Position numbers and translations under genes: made by a program
Assembly (NCBI GenBank): GCA_944350325.1
Contig: CALVOS010000038.1
Location: 1-60,747 of the forward strand
DNA from: an uncultured Bacilli bacterium
GTDB lineage: Bacteria > Bacillota_I > Bacilli_A > RFN20 > CAG-826
Direction: 5' to 3'
DNA length: 60,747 nt
The notes under the pieces: generated by a model
What the model was told of the DNA's origin: nothing
The model's database searches: none
What the model saw: the letters and a program-made list of their open reading frames with translations, nothing else
Shown here: positions 8,179-17,096 of the stretch, in pieces
How the letters are laid out: each line of letters begins with the position of its first letter
How positions within the stretch are numbered: position 1 is the stretch's first letter

Positions 8179-8766
8179 GGACAACGACTCCCGGATCAAG
8201 TCTAGGAAGGCATACACCTCCGAATCGAGCGGTTCGATCTCCCCTTCCGGGTAATAGACGAGCGGCACCGGGATCCTAGACAGATCGTTCTCGGACAATA
8301 GATACGCGGACGCATCCTTCCCGAAGAGATGCTCCCCGACGAAGAAGGCGTTCAGGAACCACGAGGAGACCGAATCTCCCGCCAAGAAGGCGGAGCTGTA
8401 GGAACTAAGGCAGTAGCGGACGCTCCTTGGCCAGCCCTCCCTCTCGACAATCCTCCTCATGTCGCCCACGATCCTCACGGAGTCGCAGTTCCGCCGCCAG
8501 ACGATCTCGAGCAGGGAGAGCAGGTCCTGGTTCCTCTCCCCCAGAAAGAGTCCTTCCCGGACGAGGCTCTCCTCCCTCAGCGATCGGAGATGGGTCGCCA
8601 CCGCCTTCTCGAGGGCCCCGGAGGAGAACTCCTCCCGGGAAAGGAGAAGGTCGACCTCTTTACCGAGAGAAAGGACCTCCTCCGGGGCGGAGAAGGAGTA
8701 GCGGCCGAAGAAGGCGTTATCGTCCGCCCCCATCGCCCTCAAGGCCTTTCTAGGAATCCGTTCCAT
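8167..8766 (-). CDS. Hypothetical protein (199 aa), no recognisable family
   Basis: The ORF has host-like GC3 codon usage and a GGAGG roughly 13 nt upstream of the ATG. The overlapping plus-strand ORFs are Arg/Pro/Ser-rich artefacts. Confidence 0.6.
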   Translation of the reverse strand: MERIPRKALRAMGADDNAFFGRYSFSAPEEVLSLGKEVDLLLSREEFSSGALEKAVATHLRSLREESLVREGLFLGERNQDLLSLLEIVWRRNCDSVRIVGDMRRIVEREGWPRSVRYCLSSYSSAFLAGDSVSSWFLNAFFVGEHLFGKDASAYLLSENDLSRIPVPLVYYPEGEIEPLDSEVYAFLDLIRESLSREG

Positions 8767-8859
8767 AAGAAGATTCTAGCCCCTCCTGTCTTTCAAGCGC
8801 TTCCCTTGAGGCTTGCCCCCCGGAAACCTAGACTAAGGGCAGCAAGAAGGAGCAATGCC

Positions 8860-9228
8860 ATGAAAGTCTACAAGTGCGCCCACTGCGGGAACGTCCTCCT
8901 CGTCCTCCACGATGGAGGAGTCACCCCCCTCTGCTGCGGGGAGAAGATGAAGGAGCTCGTCCCCGGCTCCACCGACGCCGCGCTCGAGAAGCACGTCCCC
9001 GTCGTCGAGAGGGTCTGCGAGCACCGCATCCACGTGAAGGTCGGCTCGGTCCTCCACCCCATGACCGAGGAGCACCTCATCGAGTGGATCGCCGTCGAAA
9101 GCGAGGGCGAGGTCCAGATTCATCACCTCAAGGCGGGCGATTCCCCCGAGGCGGAGTTCCGCCACGTCGCCCACGGGACCGTCTACGCCTACTGCAACCT
9201 CCACGGGCTCTGGAAGGCGGAGTTCTAG
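8860..9228 (+). CDS. dfx: Desulfoferrodoxin (superoxide reductase, 2Fe type), 122 aa
   Basis: The sequence begins MKVYKCAHCGNVLLVLHDGGVTPLCCGEKM, giving the CxxC...CC desulforedoxin centre I. Centre II ligand motifs are EKHVP, HPMTEEH and CNLHG. An SD AAGAAGGAG lies at 8844-8852. The track ORF from 8329 is an upstream in-frame extension. Confidence 0.93.
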   Translation: MKVYKCAHCGNVLLVLHDGGVTPLCCGEKMKELVPGSTDAALEKHVPVVERVCEHRIHVKVGSVLHPMTEEHLIEWIAVESEGEVQIHHLKAGDSPEAEFRHVAHGTVYAYCNLHGLWKAEF

Positions 9229-9244
9229 GAAAGACTGTTTCCTA

Positions 9245-9268
9245 GGGAGCGGGATTCCGCTCCCTTTT
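9245..9268 (+). terminator. Rho-independent terminator after dfx
   Basis: GGGAGCGG (9245-9252) pairs with CCGCTCCC (9257-9264) across loop GATT, followed by TTTT. A second hairpin TAGGAAA/TTTCCTA precedes it at 9226-9244. Confidence 0.7.
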
Positions 9269-10162
9269 CTAATGCCCGATGAGGCCGTGGTAGATGTCGA
9301 CGATCTCCTCGAGCACCGCCCTTTCGGAGAAATCCGGGGGGAAGACGAGGTTGATCTCGCGCGAGATGTCGAGGTTCTCGATCGGACGGAGGGCGAGGCT
9401 CCGGGAATCCAGCTCCCCGTAGCAGGCGCTCCGGGGGAGGACGGAGATGCCCCGTCCCCTGGCGACCAGCTCCTTGATGGTCGCGATGTTGTCGAGCTCG
9501 AGGAGGACGTCGAACTCCTCGAGGGAGTAGCCCGAGGCCTCGAGGCTCGCCTCAAGGAGGGTCCGCGTCTCGCTGGAGCGGGAGCGAAGGATTAGGGGCG
9601 AGGAGGAGAGGTCCCCCACCTGGAGCACCTTCTTTGTCGCGAGGGGCGAATCCTTCGCAAGGACGGCGAGGAACCGGTCCGTGTCGAGGAGGACGGAGGA
9701 GTACTTCCTCCCCGGGGCTTTGCCGTCGATGATCGCGAAATCCAGCTCGTAGGAGGAGAGCCTCTCATAAAGCTTCTTTATGGAGTCCCCTTTTATCTTT
9801 ATGCGGACCCCGCGGTGGCGAGAGGCGTAGACGCCGAGGGACTCCGCGATGAGGTTGCTCTCCGCGGTGTGGGTCACCCCGACCGTGTAGGTCCTCTTCC
9901 CCGTGTCCTGGTCCCGGAGCCGGGCCTCCATGTCCTTATATAGGGAGAGGATCCTCCGGGCGTACTTGAGGACGAGCTCGCCCTCGCTCGTGAGCGAAAA
10001 TCCCGATCCCTCCTTGCGGACGAGCCTCGCCCCGCACTCCTTCTCCAAGGACTTCACGTGCTGGCTCACCGCCGGCTGGGTGAGGCTTAGCTCGGAAGCG
10101 GCCTTCGTGTAGCTTCCTAGCTCGGCGATCTTCACCAAGGTGACAAGCTTAGGGTCAACCAT
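9269..10162 (-). CDS. LysR-family transcriptional regulator (297 aa)
   Basis: The N-terminal wHTH LVKIAELGSYTKAASELSLTQPAVSQHVKSLE is present, with a typical length and a C-terminal substrate-binding domain. Confidence 0.92.
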   Translation of the reverse strand: MVDPKLVTLVKIAELGSYTKAASELSLTQPAVSQHVKSLEKECGARLVRKEGSGFSLTSEGELVLKYARRILSLYKDMEARLRDQDTGKRTYTVGVTHTAESNLIAESLGVYASRHRGVRIKIKGDSIKKLYERLSSYELDFAIIDGKAPGRKYSSVLLDTDRFLAVLAKDSPLATKKVLQVGDLSSSPLILRSRSSETRTLLEASLEASGYSLEEFDVLLELDNIATIKELVARGRGISVLPRSACYGELDSRSLALRPIENLDISREINLVFPPDFSERAVLEEIVDIYHGLIGH

Positions 10163-10172
10163 AGGGCCTCCT

Positions 10173-10187
10173 ATAAGTCGGACTTAT
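10173..10187. promoter_or_regulatory. LysR-type T-N11-A dyad (ATAAGT-CGG-ACTTAT)
   Basis: Perfect 6-bp arms fit T-N11-A. The site lies in the divergent lysR/antiporter intergenic region, just upstream of the lysR RBS. Confidence 0.5.
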
Positions 10188-10297
10188 CGTCCCATTCGAT
10201 ACTATTTGCGTATCTTATTTCTTCCGCGCCTATCATAGCGACGCTTCCGGAAAAGGAAAGCCGCAAAAGGAGAAGGAAAGGAGGAGGTATTTTCCTT

Positions 10298-11560
10298 ATG
10301 GGTCTCGAGCTTTATCTCTATTACGACGGGCTGGGTGCGGCGAGCCCCTTGATCGCCCTTTCGATCATGTTCCTCGCCGGCTTCCTCATGAGCCGCCTCA
10401 CCAAGGCGCTCTCGCTCCCCAACGTCACCGGCTACATCCTGGCAGGCGTCCTCATCGGGCCCTCGCTCCTCGGTCTCATCTCCCCGGAGATGATCGACGG
10501 AATGTCCTTCCTGAGCGACCTCGCCCTCGCCTTCATCGCCTTCGGGGTCGGGAAGTTTTTCCGCAAGGACTCCCTTAAGGAAGGAGGGAAAGGGGTGATC
10601 GCCGTCACCCTCCTGGAGTCCCTTCTCGCGGGGGCGCTCGTCTTCCTCGCCGTCCTCCTCCTCTTCCCCGGGCTCGGCTGGCAGTTCGCCCTGCTCCTCG
10701 GCGCGGTGGCGACCGCCACGGCCCCGGCCTCGACCCTCATGACCATCGCCCAGTACAAGGCGAAGGGACGCTTCGTGAACCTCCTCCTTCAGGTGGTGGC
10801 CCTCGACGACGTCGTCTGCCTCCTCGCCTTCACCTTCGCCTCTGCGCTCGTCGAGGCCCAGGGGCAAGGGGCGCTTTCCGCCGAACAGATCCTCTACCCC
10901 CTCCTCTATAACCTCCTCATCCTCGTCGCCGGCTTCCTTTCCGGCTTCCTCCTCCACATGCTCGTCAAGGGCCGCTCGCCGAACTCTCGCCTCGTGATTG
11001 CAGTCGCCCTCATCGCCTTCCTCGCGGGGACGGCAATCCTCCTCGACGTCTCGCCCCTGCTCGCCGCGATGGCCTTCGGGGCCTCCTACCGGAACGTCTC
11101 CCAGGACGAGAAGCTCTTCAAGTACATCGACCACTTCGACCCGCCCGTCATGCTCCTCTTCTTCGTGCTTTCCGGGATGAGCATGGACTTCAGCGCCTTC
11201 CTCACCGTCGGCGCGGTCGGAGTCACCTACTTCCTCGTCCGCCTCCTCGGGAAGTACATGGGGGCATGGGCGGGAGCCGCCCTATCGAGGGAAGAGAAGC
11301 CCGTTCGGAATTACCTGGGCCTGGCCCTCGCTCCGCAGGCAGGAGTGGCGATCGGCCTTGCCTTCCTCGGGGAACGGCTCCTCCCCGCGGAGCAGGGGTC
11401 CCTCTTCCTTTCCATCATCCTTTGCTCCTCGATCCTTTATGAGCTCTCGGGACCCGCCCTCGCGAAGCTCGCCCTCATCAAGAGCGGGGCCATCCCCCGG
11501 GAGATGCTCGGGGAAAGAAGGAAGCCCATCTTCCATCGGCTCAGGAGGAGCGAAAGATGA
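10298..11560 (+). CDS. Cation:proton antiporter, CPA2 / Kef-type Na+/H+ exchanger family (420 aa)
   Basis: It is a polytopic membrane protein. The N-terminus LPNVTGYILAGVLIGPSLLG is typical of the sodium/hydrogen exchanger family. GGAGGAGG lies upstream of the ATG. Confidence 0.85.
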   Translation: MGLELYLYYDGLGAASPLIALSIMFLAGFLMSRLTKALSLPNVTGYILAGVLIGPSLLGLISPEMIDGMSFLSDLALAFIAFGVGKFFRKDSLKEGGKGVIAVTLLESLLAGALVFLAVLLLFPGLGWQFALLLGAVATATAPASTLMTIAQYKAKGRFVNLLLQVVALDDVVCLLAFTFASALVEAQGQGALSAEQILYPLLYNLLILVAGFLSGFLLHMLVKGRSPNSRLVIAVALIAFLAGTAILLDVSPLLAAMAFGASYRNVSQDEKLFKYIDHFDPPVMLLFFVLSGMSMDFSAFLTVGAVGVTYFLVRLLGKYMGAWAGAALSREEKPVRNYLGLALAPQAGVAIGLAFLGERLLPAEQGSLFLSIILCSSILYELSGPALAKLALIKSGAIPREMLGERRKPIFHRLRRSER

Positions 11561-11823
11561 CCGCCCGGGACTGGGTCGCCCATGGACCTTTTTGCTTCGA
11601 CTGGAGAGCGAGGAGGAGGCTCCGCCAGAAGGCGAGGGAGGAGGAAGGGGCGCGGTTCCTGCTTCTTGCGAACGAAAAACAAAGGCAGAACTGATCGGTT
11701 TCTCTGCTTGGTTTAATCCTGTTGCCCTTATCTTCTATATTTGTTTAAGTGTATTTGCCCTTAGTCAATTGCCTTTACCCTTAATTTGTGGTTTTATATA
11801 AGGGTATCAAAGGAAGAGACATC

Positions 11824-12870
11824 ATGAGAGACTTCAACTACTTCAACCTAAGCAATCTAACATGGGATACGGAGATTCTCTCCCTTGTGGCAGGCATATA
11901 CCAAGAGGTGGGAAAACAACATTTCTTTATAAACGCCCATCAAGCCAAATTATCAACTCTCACAGTAACCGCGATGACAGACAGCACAATTGCCTCCAAC
12001 GAGATTGAAGGGATTGTCACTACCAAACCGCGCCTGACTCAACTCATGGAGAAACAGGCCGGCCCTAAAACTCGAAGTGAAAAAGAAATCGTAGGATACC
12101 GGGACGTCCTTTCAATGATCCTGGATAGTTACGAGGCAATCCAAATTTCAAAAAACCACATTCTCCAACTCCATAAAATCCTCTATGGAAGGCTTAACGA
12201 TCCCATGGGAGGGAGGACGAAAGACGTACAGAATTACATTGTGGCAACCCGGGTCGATGGATATCGGGAAATCATTTTTACCCCTCTATCACCACTAGAA
12301 ACCCCAGAGGCCTTGGACCGAGCCTGCAAGGAATACGTGCTGGCAATTGGAAAGAGGGTTGTTGATCCCCTTATTCTCATCCCGACCTTCATCCACGATT
12401 TCCTCTGCATCCATCCCTTCAACGACGGGAACGGAAGGATGAGCAGGCTTCTCACAACGCTCCTTCTTTGCCAAAACGGCTTCCTAGTCGGGAAGTACAT
12501 TTCCCTTGAGGAGAAGATCGCGAGAGACAAAGAACCTTATTACGAAGCCCTTTCACAGTGCAGCGAAGGATGGCACGAGGGCAAAGAGCAACCCCTCCCA
12601 TTCATCAAGTACCTGCTCGGAACGATCCTTGCCGCCTACAAGGACCTGGACGAAAGGGCTTCCCTCATGGACGGAACTCTCTCGGCCCTCGAGACAGTGA
12701 GGATGGCCGTAAGGACGAAGATCGGGCGTATCTCGAAGGCCGATATCCTCGAGGTCTGCCCCTGGCTGAGCCTCAGTTCCGTGGAAGGCTCCCTCCGGAA
12801 GCTTGTCGAGATGGGCGAGCTTAGGCGAGAAGGGACGGGCAAGGCCACCTACTACGTACGGCTTGATTGA
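11824..12870 (+). CDS. Fic-family protein (AMPylase-type), with an N-terminal inhibitory motif and a C-terminal wHTH-like domain (348 aa)
   Basis: The Fic motif is HPFNDGNGRMSRLL (HxFx[D/E]GNGRxxR). The intramolecular inhibitory motif is SNEIEG ([S/T]xxxE[G/N]). The start was moved to the ATG at 11824, which is preceded by AAGGAAGAG. Confidence 0.9.
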   Translation: MRDFNYFNLSNLTWDTEILSLVAGIYQEVGKQHFFINAHQAKLSTLTVTAMTDSTIASNEIEGIVTTKPRLTQLMEKQAGPKTRSEKEIVGYRDVLSMILDSYEAIQISKNHILQLHKILYGRLNDPMGGRTKDVQNYIVATRVDGYREIIFTPLSPLETPEALDRACKEYVLAIGKRVVDPLILIPTFIHDFLCIHPFNDGNGRMSRLLTTLLLCQNGFLVGKYISLEEKIARDKEPYYEALSQCSEGWHEGKEQPLPFIKYLLGTILAAYKDLDERASLMDGTLSALETVRMAVRTKIGRISKADILEVCPWLSLSSVEGSLRKLVEMGELRREGTGKATYYVRLD

Positions 12871-12937
12871 CGAGAGGAAACAGGTTCCTTCTCCATTTCC
12901 TTTGCAAAAGGACCTTGCCTTATGGTAATCCTTACTC

Positions 12938-14197
12938 ATGGAACGAGGCTTGGTCCTGTGCGGAGGCGGATCCCTTGGCGCCTACGAGGCCGGGGCCTAC
13001 CGCTATCTCGTGGAGAAGGGGATGACCTTTTCCGTCATGACGGGAACCTCGATCGGCGCCCTGAACGCCGCGATGTTCGCCCAGGGGAGGCTCGAGGAGA
13101 ACCTCGAGATCTGGAAGAACATCACCATCAAGGCGGTGATCCGGAACGGGGTGAACCTCGGGCCCTCCCTTCTCAAGGGCTTCTCCCGCGAGACGAGGAA
13201 GGAGATCATGAACTACGCGGCCGACTACCTCTGGTACGGAGGCGGGGACGTCGCGCCCCTCGTCCAGCTGATCGAGGACAACGTCGACCCGGAACGGCTC
13301 CGTTCCTCCGGGGTGAAGGTCGGGATCGTCACGGTCCGCTTCCCCACCTTCGAGGAGGTCGACATCCTCCTCAACGAGGTGGCGGACGACCTCATGAAGG
13401 AGTTCCTCGTCGCCTCCGCGGCCTGCTACCCCGTCCTCCCCATCAAGTGGATCCGCGGGAAGGCGTACCTCGACGGCGGCTACCGGAACAACCTTCCCAT
13501 CGACTACGCCCTCCGCCTCGGGGCGGAGGAGGTGGTCGCGATCGAGCTCCACGGCTGGCCCAAGGTGCCCCAGCATCCCGAGCTCAGGGACCTCCCCTTC
13601 GTCACCCTCATCACCCCCTCCCATAAGACAGGCTCCTTCTTCGACTTCGAGAGGAACGCGGTGGACGAGAACATCGAGCTCGGCTATCTCGACGCGAAGA
13701 AGGCGCTCGGGGATTCCCTCGGCCACGAGTTCACCTTCCATAAGGGGAAGGCGATCCTCTCCTACGCGAAGGAGCTGACCGCGATGCTCATCCACCGCGG
13801 CCATATCTACGACTACCACAGGATCCAGGAGGCGCTTTCCTACCGCGACTTCATCCCGGGGACGGAAGAAGGCCTCATCCTCCGCGCAGCCGAGATGGTC
13901 GGCGCCTGGTGCGGGATCCCCTACCTCCATGAATACGAGTTCCGCCCCTTCCTCCGCCAGTGCGAGAAAAAGATCCTCGAGCACAGGAGGACGCTCAAGA
14001 CCACGAGCTTCTTCAAGCTCCACCGGAACTGCAGGAGAATCCAGGAGAAGCACCGGATGGACCTCCTTGCCTGCCTTTACCAGGAGGCCAAGGAGGGATC
14101 CCACCTTCTCTCCTACGAGGAGCTGACGAGGCAGTCCCCCGAGGTAGCCCCCCTCATCGCCTTCTTCCTGATCCTGAAGGAGAAGGGAATCATCTAG
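12938..14197 (+). CDS. Patatin-like phospholipase (419 aa)
   Basis: The oxyanion motif is CGGGSLGAY (GGGxxG), the nucleophile is GTSIGA (GxSxG) and the catalytic Asp is in YLDGGY (DGG). Confidence 0.9.
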   Translation: MERGLVLCGGGSLGAYEAGAYRYLVEKGMTFSVMTGTSIGALNAAMFAQGRLEENLEIWKNITIKAVIRNGVNLGPSLLKGFSRETRKEIMNYAADYLWYGGGDVAPLVQLIEDNVDPERLRSSGVKVGIVTVRFPTFEEVDILLNEVADDLMKEFLVASAACYPVLPIKWIRGKAYLDGGYRNNLPIDYALRLGAEEVVAIELHGWPKVPQHPELRDLPFVTLITPSHKTGSFFDFERNAVDENIELGYLDAKKALGDSLGHEFTFHKGKAILSYAKELTAMLIHRGHIYDYHRIQEALSYRDFIPGTEEGLILRAAEMVGAWCGIPYLHEYEFRPFLRQCEKKILEHRRTLKTTSFFKLHRNCRRIQEKHRMDLLACLYQEAKEGSHLLSYEELTRQSPEVAPLIAFFLILKEKGII

Positions 14198-14200
14198 AAA

Positions 14201-14220
14201 AGGCCCGGTCTCCCGGGCCT
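14201..14220. terminator. Bidirectional terminator hairpin between the patatin gene and gpmA
   Basis: AGGCCCGG pairs with CCGGGCCT in a perfect 8-bp stem with loop TCTC. It is flanked by an A-run upstream and TT downstream, between convergent genes. Confidence 0.65.
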
Positions 14221-14237
14221 TTCCTCTATGAGGGTTA

Positions 14238-14945
14238 CTAGAGGTAGTACTTGTTCAGCACCTCGAGGGTGTTCTCGTCGAGCTCGTAGACGAGAGGCTT
14301 CCCGGTCGGGATCTCCACCCCGACGATCTCCTCGGCGGTGAGGTGCTCCAGCTCCATGACAAGGGCGCGGAGGCTATTGCCGTGGGCGGCGATGAGGACC
14401 TTCTTCCCGGACTTGATCGCGGGGGCGATCTCCTTGTCGAAGTAGGGCTTCACTCTCTTCGCGGTGTCGACGAGGCACTCGGTGAGGGGAAGGTCCTCCT
14501 CTTCCATCTCGCCCGTCTCGACGAGATGGCGGTAGAGCTCCTGGTTCCCGGGCCAGCGGGGGTCGTCCTTGGTGAGGGCGGGCGGCTGGACGTTCGCGCT
14601 CCGGCGCCAGATATGCACCTGCTCGTCGCCCCACTTGACGGCGCTCTCCGCCTTGTTGAGGCCCTGGAGGGCGCCGTAGTGGCGCTCGTTGAGACGCCAG
14701 CTGTAGTGCTTCTCGATTCCCTCGAGACCCAGCTCCTTGAGGACGAGGTCCATCGTCTTGTTGGCCCTCATGAGGACGGAGGTGTAGGCGAGGTCGAAGG
14801 CGTAGCCGTCCTTTTTCAGCGTGCGCCCGGCCTCGGTGGCCTCCTCCACGCCCCTGGGCGAGAGGTCGACGTCGGTCCAGCCCGTGAACTTGTTCTCGAG
14901 GTTCCACATGGACTGCCCGTGGCGGATCAGTACTAGTTTGACCAT
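14238..14945 (-). CDS. gpmA: 2,3-bisphosphoglycerate-dependent phosphoglycerate mutase
   Basis: [29 protein letters not shown] contains the RHG motif. The start was moved to the ATG at 14945, which is preceded by AAGGAG. Confidence 0.95.
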   Translation of the reverse strand: MVKLVLIRHGQSMWNLENKFTGWTDVDLSPRGVEEATEAGRTLKKDGYAFDLAYTSVLMRANKTMDLVLKELGLEGIEKHYSWRLNERHYGALQGLNKAESAVKWGDEQVHIWRRSANVQPPALTKDDPRWPGNQELYRHLVETGEMEEEDLPLTECLVDTAKRVKPYFDKEIAPAIKSGKKVLIAAHGNSLRALVMELEHLTAEEIVGVEIPTGKPLVYELDENTLEVLNKYYL

Positions 14946-15014
14946 TGGATGCTCCTTTGCGCTTAGAGGCATTATAGGCGAGCGAGGCCCCCGGATGGTA
15001 TCCGGAGCAAGGCC

Positions 15015-16118
15015 TCAGGAAAGGATCTTCCTCCCGTCGTCGAGGGCCAGGCGGATGACGTCGTCCATGTCGAGGTACTGGTAGGTCCCAAGCCTTCCCC
15101 CGGGAAGGATCCCCTCCTTGAGCGCCATCTCCTTGTAGCGAGACGCCAGGCCGAGGTTCCTCTCGTCCTTCACGGGATAGAGGGCATCCCTGCCGGGGGT
15201 CCACTCATCACTGTACTCGCGTGTGATGATTGTCCTGGAGGAACGCTCCCCGAGGAAATGCTTGTGCTCGACGATCCTGGTCCAGGGGACGGTGTCGTCG
15301 GTGTAGTTCATGACCGCCATCCCCTGGAAATCCTCCAGATCGAGGGTCTCTTTCTCGAATTTCAACGTCCGCCAGGAAAGCGTCCCCGCGGAATAGCCAA
15401 ACAGCGCGTCGATCGGGCCGGAATAGATGGTTTTCTCCGCAAGACCCATCCATTTCCCCTTGTTTTCGAGGAAATCCACCCCGTAGACGACCTTCGTTCC
15501 CGCAAGAAGCGCCTCGGAAAGGGCGTCGTATCCCTGCTCCGGAAGCCCCTGGAAGGCGTCATTGAAGTAGTTGTCGTCGTAGCGGAACCTCAGGGGCAGC
15601 CTCCGGATGATCGAGCTGTCCAGCTCAGCGCACGAGCGGCCCCACTGCTTCTCCGTGTAGTGCTTCACCAGGGTCTCGTAGAGGGTCGGCCCGATGTGGG
15701 AGAGGCACCAGCCCTCCACCGTCCCCTCGTCGATCCCCTGGTAGGGGGCGCATTCCTCGGCGAGCTTCCTCCTCGCGTCCTCCTCCGTCTCCACCTCCGG
15801 CCAGAGCTGGTGGAAGGTGTTCATGTTGAAGGGCATGGAGAAGAGGCGCCCATGGTAGTTCGCCTTGGGCTGGTTGATATAGGGCCGGAACGGCGTCATA
15901 GAGGTCACGAGCGACCAGACCTCCTCGTCCGAGGTATGGAAGATATGGGCCCCGCGGGTATGGACGAGGATCCCTTCCTCCCTCTCCTGGTGGCAGATCC
16001 CCGCGGAGTGGCCCTCCTTCTCAAGGACGAGCACCCTCTTCCCCGCCTTACGGAGCAGATAGGCGAGGCTCGCCCCGTATAGCCCCGCCCCGACGATCAG
16101 ATAGTCGTATTCCTTCAT
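15015..16118 (-). CDS. glf: UDP-galactopyranose mutase
   Basis: MKEYDYLIVGAGLYGASLA provides the FAD-binding GxGxxG, with full-length resemblance to Glf. An ATGA overlap joins it to the upstream epimerase stop. Confidence 0.93.
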   Translation of the reverse strand: MKEYDYLIVGAGLYGASLAYLLRKAGKRVLVLEKEGHSAGICHQEREEGILVHTRGAHIFHTSDEEVWSLVTSMTPFRPYINQPKANYHGRLFSMPFNMNTFHQLWPEVETEEDARRKLAEECAPYQGIDEGTVEGWCLSHIGPTLYETLVKHYTEKQWGRSCAELDSSIIRRLPLRFRYDDNYFNDAFQGLPEQGYDALSEALLAGTKVVYGVDFLENKGKWMGLAEKTIYSGPIDALFGYSAGTLSWRTLKFEKETLDLEDFQGMAVMNYTDDTVPWTRIVEHKHFLGERSSRTIITREYSDEWTPGRDALYPVKDERNLGLASRYKEMALKEGILPGGRLGTYQYLDMDDVIRLALDDGRKILS

Positions 16119-17092
16119 AGGCCCCTCCACTCCCGATACCACGAATAGAACTCCTGGAGCCCTTCCCTAAGAGGGGTCCTGGGCGAGAAGAGGAAGTCCC
16201 GCTCGGTCTCCTCCATGTCCGCGAACGTCCTCATGACGTCCCCCTTCTGCATGGGGGCAAAGAGGATCTTCGCCTCCCTGCCGAGGACGCCCTCGAGGGT
16301 CCGGACGAACTCCAGGAGGGGGACGGGATGGCTGTTCCCGAGGTTATAGATCCAGTGAGGGGTCCCGTCCTCGTCCGGGAGGACCTCCTTCTCCCCCATG
16401 CGGAGGAGCCCCTCGACGACGTCCCCGACGTGGGTGAAGTCCCTCTCCATCCTTCCTTCGTTAAAAAGGACGATGGGCTCGCCCCGGAGGATCTTCTCCG
16501 TGAAGGAGAAGTAGGCCATGTCGGGCCTCCCCCAGGAGCCATAGACGGTGAAGAAGCGGACTCCCCTCATGGGGATCCCATAGAGCCTGCTGTAGCTATA
16601 GGCCATCTCCTCCCCCGCCTTCTTCGTCGCCGCGTAGAGGGAGACGGGCCTGTCCGTCTTGTCCCGGACGGAGTAGGGGACCTTGGAGTTGAGGCCGTAG
16701 ACGCTGCTGGAGGAGGCGTAGACAAGCGCCCGCACGGGATGGCTGCGGCACCTCTCCAGGACCGAGTACATCCCTAGGAGGTTGCTCCTCACGTAGGAGC
16801 CCGGGTCCTCGATCGAGTGCCTCACCCCCGCCTGGGCCGCCAGGTGGTAGACGACCTCCGGACGGAACTCCCGGAAGGCTTCCTCGAGCCGGGACTCCTC
16901 CTCCACCCCGAAGCGGAGGAGGCGGTAGGAGGGGAACTCCTTCTTCAGGAGGGACTCCCTCGCCTCCTTGAGGGCGGGGTCGTAGTAGGCGTTCCTCTCG
17001 TCGATCCCCAGGACCTCGTGCCCCTCATGGAGGAGGCGCCTCGCGAGATGGAAGCCGATGAAGCCGGAGGCGCCGGTGACGAGGATCCTCAT
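16115..17092 (-). CDS. NAD-dependent sugar epimerase, UDP-glucuronate 4-epimerase type
   Basis: MRILVTGASGFIGFHL is the Rossmann motif. The YYDPALKEAR motif is characteristic of Cap1J/GlaKP-like epimerases. The catalytic motif is YAATK. It lies next to ugd. Confidence 0.85.
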   Translation of the reverse strand: MRILVTGASGFIGFHLARRLLHEGHEVLGIDERNAYYDPALKEARESLLKKEFPSYRLLRFGVEEESRLEEAFREFRPEVVYHLAAQAGVRHSIEDPGSYVRSNLLGMYSVLERCRSHPVRALVYASSSSVYGLNSKVPYSVRDKTDRPVSLYAATKKAGEEMAYSYSRLYGIPMRGVRFFTVYGSWGRPDMAYFSFTEKILRGEPIVLFNEGRMERDFTHVGDVVEGLLRMGEKEVLPDEDGTPHWIYNLGNSHPVPLLEFVRTLEGVLGREAKILFAPMQKGDVMRTFADMEETERDFLFSPRTPLREGLQEFYSWYREWRGL

Positions 17093-17096
17093 GTCC

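Noticed and set aside
8329-8859. Upstream 177 codons of the 299-aa ORF containing desulfoferrodoxin
   Set aside because: The extension overlaps the minus-strand gene 8167-8766 and is Pro/Arg/Gly-rich. A good SD and an ATG at 8860 give a protein of canonical Dfx length.
10202-11134. 310-aa acidic (EEDGEEDE-rich) minus-strand ORF
   Set aside because: It is antisense to the CPA2 antiporter, whose hydrophobic Leu/Ala/Gly codons read as Glu/Gly/Asp runs on the opposite strand.
12938-14197. Patatin-like lipase as a CBASS CapV-type effector linked to the NTase-like gene
   Set aside because: It lies 5 kb away from the NTase-like gene and is separated from it by housekeeping genes (gpmA, glf, ugd). 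It also has host-like codon usage and no adjacent cyclase.
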